Of a stretch of DNA of 64,000 nt, positions 42,601 to 54,600 are shown piece after piece. The notes under the pieces are model-generated. The model was not told the DNA's origin and made no database searches. It was given only the letters and a program-made list of their open reading frames with translations. Every line of letters begins with the position of its first letter. The first letter of the stretch is position 1. Position numbers and translations under genes: made by a program. Origin of the DNA: Lama glama (taxonomy: Eukaryota); contig CM052816.1 in the NCBI GenBank assembly GCA_028534125.1, positions 55,802,001-55,866,000 of the forward strand, given 5' to 3'.

Positions 42601-45600
42601 GATATTTTTAATAAATTACATAATTATAACAGCAAGTACAACTCGCAAAGACTGGTCTGGGAGTAGAGACTACTGATTTTTGGTAAGCATATAGTTTATC
42701 TGGTGGGAGCAGGATGGTTTGTAGTTTGGAGTGGGGAAGGCAGTCTCAAATTTTCAGCAGTTGGTTTGTTTTGCAGTGCAACTGAATGAAGGGAATCAAA
42801 TAAAAGCAAAGCAGTAAATTGTGGTCCATTAAGAAATCTGCTGCAGTACCCAATTACCTTTCTGAGGTTTTAGAGTGGGGCAGGTTATTCAGATCAAAAT
42901 TGGAAAAATCTATCATCAAAGCTGTTCTGAAATTCAGGAAAACCAAAAATTGGCAGGATTTGGATTATCTAAATCAGAAGTTTTTTAGCATTTTAGGAGG
43001 CACGGTGGAAAAATGATACTTGGTATACATAACTTGGAAAACTATTTTAATTGTATATTTCCAGCTTAAGAAGTCAAAACTGTTTTACAGATCAAGATCA
43101 TAGTTCTTTATTTAATTTCATGACAACTATTTTCAGCAGAGAAAGAAAACTTAGCATTCTCTTTTCTGGTCTTGCTGGGGTTAATTTTTGTATCTTCCTT
43201 ATGCACTTCTGAGATTTTCTCCTCATGATTTTATAAGACATTTTGGTATTACAACATTTTTTTAGGTATTAATAACATCTAATTCTAGATTTAAATGATC
43301 TCTTTCACCGGAACTTTTAAGAAGGTAATCTGTCAGTCTTCTCATATATGTACCTTTCCTGGGGTTTCAGTCAACATAAGCTGATTACATGATTTATAAT
43401 TTAGTCACATATTTTCAAACTAATGACATTCGTCTTTTTCACTTTTTGCATGTAGATACCATTATAGTTCGGTTAATGGATGATACTTCTTCATAATATA
43501 CCTTTATTCCAGAATGTTGACAGCATTCATCCTGTTAACCTGTGTTCTCTCTGATTTTCTATTTTTCAAAAAAACATTTTATTTTACTTTATTTTTGGTT
43601 TTTTTTTTTGAGGGAGGGGTGGCAATTAGGTGTAAATATTTGTTTATTTAATGAAAGTACTGGGGATTGAACCCAGGATCTCATGCATGCCTAAGTGCAT
43701 TTTCTACCACTGAGCTATACCCACCCCATGATTTTCAAACCTCAAGATTTTAAGGATTTTTAATTTTGTTTAATTTTCTTTTGTTCATTCCCTCATTTCA
43801 GAAAAGATGAAGATGAATAAAATGTCTCTTTCTAACATTAACCGGAGAAACATTTTTGGAGAGAACTTACTGTATAAGGCTGCTCTGCACAATGACGCTG
43901 GTCTTGTTCATCATTACATAAAAAAGGGTGGAAATGCTAATCAACCAAGTTATGCTGGTAGGTTGCAGTTACCACCCTCAGTTCTCTTGAAAGTGGTTTG
44001 TAGTTTCCTGCGTCACTACTATGAAGGTATGGTAAAGTAGGCCTAAGGCAAGTCTCAAACAGAAACTTTCCAGGTAATTTTTCTGCTTAGGTAATGCTTC
44101 ACCATCATCTCCCAGGGCAGTGGTAAGACAGCAGGGAGAGGTGGGAGAATAATACTCTGTTTCATCTTCAAAGGTTGTGCCTGCCTGGGGCCCATCAGCT
44201 GAGCCACTTGCAGTAGCATTGCACAGAAGGATGAGGCTCCTGGGGCTGGCTTGCTGGCTTTGCATGGGCCTTGTCACTATGAGACTCAACTTTTCTCGGA
44301 AGGAAAATGAGGTCCACAGCTGAAAGAAGCTTATGGTACACTGAATTTTGGGGAAAACTGATGATAAAGTGATAGATGTACAGCAGGGGCAATGGCCAGG
44401 GAAATGGAGAGAACAGACTGTGAGGTAAAGCGGGTGTGGCAGGAAGCTCAGAAGGAACAGTCTTCTGCAGAGGCTGGATCTCTGGTACAGTCTCCTGTAA
44501 GGAGAACCTGACATGTTCTCCTGGAGAGGAATGATTCCTTAAAGACATTTACGTGCTTAAAGCACCAAGCAACACTGGGCCAGCCTAGATAGTGCTTTTA
44601 TGTGTCCATACTTGTACTATTGTTTCTAGACTTTCTGGGTATATGAAACAGTGCACAAAGTCTAATGGTACACAGAGATCAACAGCACAATCCATGGACA
44701 GGCAGGTGATTATGAGTGTACTCCCAGCACTTACTTAAGCAGGGCCTGGGTTTATACCATAATCAGGGTTTTAATGACTGTTATTCTAAATCTCATACCC
44801 AGGTCAACCGTCATGGTCTTAGGGTATCCCTCAACTTACTTGCTAACCAAAGCACTTGCTCCCTTGATTTTGAGAAATATATGGTTCTTTCTCTTAGTCT
44901 GTATTGATTCCTTAAGTTCAGGAGTAGTTCTGCATGCTGCTAACTTGACTTTGTGGATTTCCCAAACATCAATCTCTCTTTTAAAAAAGTTATATATATA
45001 TATATGTATATGTATATACACACATGTATATATATGTATATGTGTGTGTGTGTATATAAGTATGGTCAGTTCACAATGTTGTGTCACTTTCTGGTATACA
45101 ACATAATGCTTCAGTCATACATGAACATACATATATTCATTTTTATATTCTTTTTCACCATAAGTTACCACAAGATAGTAAATACAATTTTCCTGTGCTA
45201 TATAGTATGAGCGTATTGTTTATCTATTTTATGTATATATGTTAGTTAGTATTTGCAAATCTTGAACTCCCAATTTATCTCTTCCCACCTCACCGTGTAA
45301 CTGAAAATTTGTTTTCTTTGTCTGTGAGTCTGTTTCTGTTTTGTAAATAAGTTCATCTGTCTTTTTTTTTTTAGATTCCACGTATGAGTGATTTCATGTG
45401 GTATTTTTCTTTCTCTTTGTGGCTTGCTTCACTTAGAATGACAATCTCCAGGTCCATCTATGTTGCTGCAAATGACATTATTTTATTATTTTTTATGGTT
45501 GAGTAGTATTCCATTGTAGAAATATACCACAACTTCTTTATCCGGTCATCTGTCAGTGGACATTTAGGTTGTTTCCATGTCTTAGCTATTGTAAATAGTG

Positions 45601-48600
45601 CTGCTATGAACATTGGGGTGCATATATGTTTTTGAATTAGAGTTCCCTCTGAATAAATGCCCAAGAGTGGGATTGCTGGATCATATAGTAAGTCTATTTT
45701 TAGTTTTTTGAGGGATTTCCATATTGTTTTCCCTAATGGTTGCACCGAACTACATTCCAACCAAGACTGTAAGAGGGTTCTTTTTCTCCACACCCTCTCC
45801 AGCATTTGTCATTTGTGGATTTTTGAATGACAGCCATTCTAACTAGTGTGAGGTGATACCTCATTATAGTTTTGATTTGCATTTCTCTGATAATTAGTGA
45901 TATTGAGCATTTTTTCATGTGCCTATTGGCCATTTTTATGTCTTCATTAGAGAATTGCTTATTTAGGTCTTCTGCCCATTTTTGGATTGGGTTATTTGTT
46001 TTTTGTTATTAAGTTTGTATGAGCTATTTTTATATTCTGGAAATTAAACATTTGTGAGTTGCATCATTTGCAAATATTTTCTCCTGTTTGGTAGGTTGTC
46101 TTTTTGTCTTGCTTATGGTTTCCTTTGCTGTGCAAAAGCTTGTAAGTTTAATTAGGTCCCATTTGTGTATTTTTGCTTTCATTTCTGTTGCCTGGGTAGA
46201 CTTCCCTAAGAGAACATTGCTAAGATTTATGTTAGAGAATGTTTTGCCTATGTTTTCTTCTAGGAGATTTATAGTGTCTTGTCTTATATTTAAGTAAACC
46301 ATTCTGAGTTTGTTTTTGTGTATGGTGTGAGGGAGTGTTCTAACTTCACTGATTTACATGCTGCTGTCCAGTTTTCCCAACACCACTTGCTGAAGAGACT
46401 GTCTTTTATCCATTGTATTAAATATACCACAACTTCTTTATCATGCATCTGTTGATGGTCATTTAAGTTGTTTCCATATGTTGGCTATTGTAAATATTGG
46501 GGTTCATGTGTCTTTTCAAATTATAGTTTTCTCCAGATATATGCCCAGGAGTGGGATTACTGGATCATATGGTAAAAGCTTTTAAATTTAATTAGGTACC
46601 ACTTGTTTATTTTTGCTTTTATTTCCATTACTCTAGGAGCTACTTCCAAAAAAATTACTGTGATTTATGTCAAAGAGTACTCTGCCTATGGTTTCCTCTA
46701 AGAGTTTTATAGTGTTTGGTCTTACATTTAGGTATTTAATTTAGGTATATGGTGTTAGAGAGTGTTCTAATTTCATTCTTGTACATGCAGCTAGCCAACT
46801 TTCCCAGCACCACTTGCTGGAGAGACTGTCTTTTTCTCCATTGTATATTCTTGCCTCCTTTGTCATAGGTTAATTGACCACAAGTGCATGGGTGTTTTTT
46901 CTGGGCTCTCTGTCCTGTTCCATTGATTTATATGTCTGTTTTTGTGCCAGTATTCTATTGTTTTGATTACTGTAGCTTTGTAGTATAGTATGACATCAGG
47001 GAGTGTGATTTCTTCAGGTCTGTTTTCTTTCTTAAGAATGTTTTGGCTATTCAGGGTCTTTTGTGCTTCCATTAAAATTTTAACATTTTTTGTTCCACTT
47101 CTGTGAAGAATGTCATTGGTAATTTGATAAGGATTTCATTGAATCTGCACATTGCCTTGGGTAGTATGGCCATTTTAACAGTATTGATTTTTCCAATCTA
47201 AGAAGACGGTATATTTTTCCATCTGTTTGTGTTGTCTTCAGTTTTTTTCATCAGTGTCTTATAGTCAGAGTACAGGTCCTTTGTCTCCTTAAGTAGCTTT
47301 ATTCCTAGGTATTTTATTCTTTTTGATGTGATAGTAAATGGGGCTGGTTCATTAATTTCTTTTTCTGTGATTTCATTGTTAGTGTATAGAAACGCAGCTG
47401 ATTTCTGTATATTAATTTTGTGTCCTACAACTTTACCAAATTCATTGATGAGCTCTAGTAGTTTTCTGGTTGCTTCTTTAGGGTTTTCTATATATAGTAT
47501 TATGTCATCTGCAAATAATGACAGTTTTACTTCTTTTCCAATGTGGATTCTTTTTCTTTCTTTTTCTTCTCTAATTGCTATGTCTATGACTTCCAAAACT
47601 TTGTTGAATAAAAGTGGTGAGAATTAGTCCTGATCTTAGACAAAATGCTTTTAGCTTTTCACCATTAAGTATGGTGTTAGCTATGGATTTGTCATATATG
47701 TCCTTTGTTACGTTGAGATATATTCCCTCTGTGTCCACTTTCTGGAGAGTTTTTATCCTAAATAGATGTTGAATTTTATCAAAAGCTTTTTCTGCATTGA
47801 TTGAGATGATCACATGGTTTTTATCCTTCCTTTTGTTAATGTGGTGTATCACATTGATTAATTTGCAGATATTGAAAAATCCTTGCATCCCTGGGATAAA
47901 TTCCACTTGATCATAGTGTATGATCCTTGTAATACATTGTTGGAGTTGATTTGCTAGTGTCTTGTTGAGAATTTTTGTATCTATATTCATTCGTGATATT
48001 GGCCTGTAATTTTCTTTTTTTGTGATATCTTTGTTTTGGTATTAAGGTATTGGTTCTTCTTTGACCTTTGAGCATAAGGTCGCAGACTTTTGTACTTTCT
48101 TCCCTACTGTAAGCATTTAAAGCTTTAAATTCCCTCTAAATAATGCTTTTGCTGCATACTACATTATTGATATGTTGTATTTTCATTATCATTCAGTTTG
48201 AAATATTTTAAATTTCTTTTATGATTGCTTCTTTGACTCCAGGATTATATTAGAAGTTGTTTAATTTTTGAATATTTAAGGATTCTTCAGATAACTTTCT
48301 ATTATTACTTTCTAATTCAGTTCCATTGTGGTCAAAAAATATACTTTCTATGAATTTGATCCTTTTACATTTGTTGAGAATTGGTTTACTGCCTAAGATA
48401 TGGTCTTTCTTGGTAAATACCCCATGTGCATTTGAATGTTTATTCTTCAGTTGTTGTTAGTAATGTTCTATAAATGTCACTCAGATTAAAGGTAGTTGAT
48501 AATGTTCAGATCATCTTTGTCTTTATTTTTTGTCTAGTTGATTTGTCATTTCCTTAGAGGGTTGTTGAAAGTCTTCACAACTATGATTGTGGAGTTATTT

Positions 48601-51600
48601 CTACCTTTAATTCTGTGAATTTTTGCTGCTTGTATTTTGCTTGTTATTTGCTTCTTGTATGTAAGCTCTGTTATTAGGTAGATAGGCAGTTGTAATTGTC
48701 ATGTCTTCCATTACATTGACCTTTTTATCATTAAGAAATATCCCTCTTTATCAGTGAGGGGAGGGTGTGGTAGAGTGCATGCTTAACATGCATGAAGTCC
48801 TGAGTTCAATCCCCAGTACCTCTTCTAAAAATAAATAAATAAATAAACCTAATTACCCATTCCCTAAAAAAGAAAGAAACAGAAGAACTTAAAAAAAGTA
48901 AAAGGAAAAATAAACAAACAAAAAAAAATTTAAAAAAAAGAAATATCCCTCTTAAATTCTGGTACTACACTTTGTCTTGAAGTCTACTATGTATGATATT
49001 AATATAGACATCCTAGCCTTCTTATATTTCCTCTCTGTTTGCTATATCTTTTTCCATCCTTTCATTTTCAAACTATCTATGTATTTATATTTAAAATGTG
49101 GAGACAGCATATAGTTTCACTTTTTTATCCATTCTGACAACTTCTGCCTATCTAATTGGGGTGAGTAGTCAGTTTTCATTTAATATAAATATTTGGACTC
49201 AATTGCCGTTTTACTAGTTATTTCTTGTGTACTTCAGCTTTTTCTTTCTTTGTCTTTGTATTATTTTATTGTGGTTACTCTAGAAATTACGTTATACATT
49301 TTTTAGTGTTTCATACTCTCCTGAGAGTTAATATTGTAATACTTCTTATAAAATGTAAGAATATTGAACACATCTCCCTTATCCTTTATGTTGTATCTGT
49401 CACATATATTACATCTGTATATAGTGTAAACCCCAAAGCATAGTAATTTTTGCTTTAAGTACCCATATTCATTTTAAGGAAATTTATAGGGAAAAAAATT
49501 CTGTTAACTATATATTTACCAGTTTTGGTACTCTCATTTCTTCCTCAAGGCTTTCTAATTAAAACTCAAGGAGGAACTCCTGTAGTAGTTCTTAACTGGA
49601 GTGATTTTACTTCCAAGGGGACATTTAGTAGTTTCTGGAAAAATTTTTAGTTGTTACAACTATGATAGGGATGGGATGCTGCTGGCATCTGGTGGATTAA
49701 GGCCAGGAATACTGCTGAACATTGAACAGTGCTAAGAACAACAGAGAATTATTTAGCCCAAAATGTTGGTGCCAAGATTGAGAAATTGGTTTATGGAGAA
49801 AGTTCTGGAAATGTTAGTGCCTGGATTAAGAAAGTCTGGTTTATGGAAAGAGTAAAATACACTTTAACATGCAACTTTTAGGTTTTATTACGTCGCTTAT
49901 ATGATTTATTGGAATTTAATAAATATGACCCTTTGCTTCTGACTAGCAAAGAAAAGAGATACTTATCTGATGACTTGTTTTCTTGGAGCGGTTTGTAGTT
50001 TGTTAGTTGAACTACTGTAACTAACTTCTTGCAAATAGGAAGAAAAGAAATATACAGTTGACTCTTGAACAACATAGGTGCTAGGGGTGCTGAGGCTCTG
50101 TGTGGTCAAAAACCCGAGTAAAACTTATAATCAGCCCTCCGTATCCATGTTTCCTCCTTCCGCCAACCCTGGATCGTGTACTACTGTAGTATTTACTGTT
50201 GAAAAAAATCTGTACGTAAAGTGAACCCACTGCAGTTCAAACCCATGTTGTTCAAGGGTCAATTTATGCTTTTGAACTGACTTCTGTGTAGTCCTGCTAG
50301 CTGGGTTACTTTAATGAAAGTACCTTGAGCTATAAATAAGACTTTCCCCCTACTTCTTCACGGAAGAATAGTCTGCAGTCAGCATTCTTTATGAACTAAT
50401 AATGACCCCCCTTATATCCTTTTTATTTGAGAGGGGCAGGAATAGTTTAAAGTATTTTTTACTTTTCATTTTTTTCATATTGATTCCAACAGAGTTAGGG
50501 GTAGGAAGTTTATTTGTCCATCAGATTTTTTGAATCCACAAATAATATAGTTTGCTTTCATGGTGAGATTATCTTGTCTCATATAACCAAAATATTTTAA
50601 AAGCAACAACTTAGAATTAGAGTTCCTATTTTAAGGGCAAGTGCAAAATATTATTAAGATGGAACAATAAAGTCCTACTGTATAGCCCAGGGAACTATAT
50701 TCAATACCTTGTAATGGCCTATAATGAAAAAGAATATGAAAAGGAATATTTATAGATAGATCAATATGTATAAATGAATCACTGCTATACACCAGAAATT
50801 AACACAACATTGTAAGTCGACTATACTTCAATTAAAAAAAAAGATGTAACTAGTTTTAGAGTTCAGAGGAAATGCCTTATACAAAAGGAGAAAGATATAA
50901 ATGTTTGCTATTAGAATAAAGGAATTACCCAGCTGGAAAAAAGATGACAAATATAAACAAATACCACTTCTTTTTTGTATAATAGGTTGGACAGCACTGC
51001 ATGAAGCTAGTGTAGGAGGATTTTATCAAGTAGCAAATGAACTATTAAAAGGTGGAGCAGATGTAAATATCAGAGGAATGTACCAGATCACTCCCCTACA
51101 AGATGCTGTGATGAATGGACATTATAAGGTACTGTGATTCTTTTGTTTGCAGAGCAAACACTACATTGTGCAAGTATTAAAAACAAGATTATACTGTATA
51201 GCACAGGGAAATATATACAAGATCTTATGGTAGCTAACAGAGAAAAAAATGTGACAATATATATATGTTCATGTATAACTGAAAAACTGTGCTCTACACT
51301 GGAATTTGACACAACATTGTAAAATGATTATAAATCAATAAAAAAATGTTAAAAAAAATCTCTGGGACCAAGCAATAGAAAAGCAGATAGGAATTCAGTT
51401 TTGGTTTATTCTGCTAATCAATACTCAGAATTTATAATAAAATTTTACGTGTGATGGGTTGGTTGTGCTTAGTATGGTAGATGCCATTTTACACGTTACT
51501 TTTAATAAATACAGAATGTATTTTTGTTACACATAGTATTTTTTTAAACTTCTTTAAGACTTTTTGTATAATACTTTACAGACTTTAGGAGAATTTTTCC

Positions 51601-54600
51601 TTCTTAGAGTGTGAGACAGGAAAGCCATGGGACCCCAATGCTGGACCCAGCAGCTGGGGAATGTGAGCTTCTTAAACACTCCAGAGTTGAAGGAATTTGA
51701 ACATATTATCTTACAGGCATTGACTGTTATATTGGAAAGATACGAAAAGATAGGAATGCTAAAAGATAATATCCTATTTTTTAAGTGAAAAGCAGTTTAA
51801 AACCGCATACCATTTATTTGAAATACCCATAGTAGTTCAAATCTGTGGAGACAGAAGATTAGGAATAGGAGGAGATAGAGGGTGGTAATGGGGAGTGACA
51901 GGTAATGATTAAAAGGTTTCTTTTGGGGGAATGAACATGTTCTAAAATTAGATTGTGGTTATGATTGTACAACCCTCTTAATATACGAAAAAACATTGAA
52001 TTATATTCTTTACATGGGTGAATTGTTTGGTGTGTGGTTTATATCCCACTGTTAAAAAAACTGTTAAAAAATAAATACATTCTTTTAAGTGTGGAAAAGG
52101 CAGAATTTATGAATTACAGATGATCAGCTCAGAGTGATTCCTTAGAACAATCTGGAACAAATTATTGAACATATGCTAGGAGACATTTAGGCAAGAATGC
52201 AGTGATCTTTGAGAATCCACAGACATCACTAACAGCAAGTCATCTCAGACTAACCTTGATTCATCTTTTATTCGACTCTCTTTGTTAGTATGTAAAGGAA
52301 ATGATATGACAAGTCAATGTAAGTTACCACAATTTTAACAAGCTTTTATTTGATCAGGTGTCCTGTGGTATATGAGATGTTGAATTGGAAATTCATTGAC
52401 AGTGTTTTTGGGATTCACATATATTGAAAATATACCCCTCAGAGGTGGTGATTATGCATTCAATTTGTGTTTGGATAAAGTTCAATTATATACTCTTATA
52501 AAGTTTGATTATAAACTCTATTAGACTGTAAAGAGTCAAACTTTCTCTCCAGGCTGGAACATGTATGGTACTTTGTCATTGCTGGAAATATTTTTACAAA
52601 ATCCCAGACATCATACCATTGTACCCGTAAGTTCTTGTGTCTCTGCATCTCTAACAGATAAGAACATTTTTTGTTATCTCACCTAATAAAAATTAAGTTT
52701 CTTAATACCATTTAGTAATAATATCCAGTCCATATTTAGATTCCCCAACTTATCTAAAAATGTTTGTATTGCAAGATTTTGTTTGAAACAGGATCCATCA
52801 AGGTCTGTACATTACATGCATTTGTTGTCTCTTAAGTATTTTTTAAAATTGAAGTATAGTTGGTTTATAATGTTGTGTTAATTTTTGGTGTACAGAGTAG
52901 CGATTCAGTTATATATACATATATATATACTCTGTTTCATATTCTTTTTCATTATAGGCTATTACAAGGTATTGAATATAGTTCCCTGTGCTATTCAGTA
53001 TGACCTTGTTGTTTATCTGTTTTATATATAGTAGCCAGTATCTGCAAACCCTGAACTCACAGTTTATCCCTCCACCCCTCCCCTTCCCCCCGGTAACCAC
53101 AAGTTTGTTTTCTACGTCTGTGAATCTGTTTCTGTTTGTAAATAAATTCAAATTTGTCTCTTTTTTTAAGAGTCCATATTAAGTATGTTTTAATCTCTAA
53201 CAGTTCTTCCTATATTTTTATTTTTTGTATGTCTTGTAGAACTTGGGTCATTTGTCTTTTAGAATTTCCTAAACTCTGGATTTGACCCATTTTATCTTTG
53301 TGATATTGTGTAGCTTGTTTCTTCCCGTATTTTCTGTAAATGGATGTTTTAACAGGAAATCTGTTTAGAGACCACAATCTGGGTGCTAGGTGTGCTCATT
53401 ACTATTGGATTTCTTTCCTTTAAGCATTTTCAGTGAAATACATACTTTTAGAAAGAAAAACAAACCATGAATTCTTGCTGATAATTCCATTTCAAACTAA
53501 ATATTATTGATTCTTAATAACTTTGATTTTATACTTGTATCTTTTTCTGTTGTGTTCAATATTTATTTCTTAATACATTAACTTATTTCTTTATTGTACC
53601 ATATATTTACAGTATTACTATTAGTGATATTAGTAATATTAGCAATATTATTATTAACAGTGAAACTACTGTTGAAGTGCTTTTTTTGTTTTGTTTATAT
53701 CCCATTAGGTATATGTGGTCAAAATACTGACTTTTCAAGTACTCGAAAGAATTTTATTCTCTGTCCTATTGGCTTCTTAGACAAGGAAGTTGTTGGAAGG
53801 CGGGTATATGGAATAATATCCCCTGAACTGAAAGGAACTTTGAGACTGAAAAACAAAGCAGGCAATTCCATAAAGTGCAATTATGAAGTTTATTGTGGGT
53901 AACTTACATACAGGCAGTATGGGACAGACAACGATCCAGAGGCATTGACAGCTGTATTCCACACCACTGAAAGGANNNNNNNNNNNNNNNNNNNNNNNNN
54001 NNNNNNNNNNNNNNNNNNNNNNNNNNNNNNNNNNNNNNNNNNNNNNNNNNNNNNNNNNNNNNNNNNNNNNNNNNNATTTCCTTGAGGGGCCTACTGCCTG
54101 ATAAACTGAGGATTGTGATGCGCACCACTTACTGGAATTGCTCTGCTTATTCCAGTTAAGAACACATGGTGACCTTAAAATACGTCCACAGATTGTTTAA
54201 CGCTCCTCCCTTCAAAAAGTGGAGCCCAATTCCTCTTCTCAGGAGTGTGGGCTGGAGTTTCAGTGACTTGCTTCAAACCAGTAGGATGTGACAAAAGGGA
54301 CATGGTGTGTGACTTCTGAGACTAGGTTAAAGGCTGTTGAGGCTTCTTCCTTGTTCTCTCACTCTCTTGTTCGTTAACTCTGGGGGAAGCCAGACGTCAT
54401 ATTGTGCAGACACTCAAGCAACAGTGTGAAGAGGTTCACATGGCAGTGAACTAAGGCCTCCTGCCCACAGCCATGTGAGTGAGCCATGTTGGAATCAGAT
54501 CCTCCAGCCTCAGTCAGGCTTTTAGATGATTGTATCCCCAGCCAGCCTCTTGACTACAAACTCCTGAAAGACCCTGAGAAAAAGAGCCACCCACCTATGC

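Noticed and set aside
53904..54128. ORF spanning the N run; possible missing exon in the gap
   Set aside because: The ORF is a gap artefact; exons 11 and 12 join in frame to complete the ankyrin repeat (GHYK-VAELLL), so no exon is needed.
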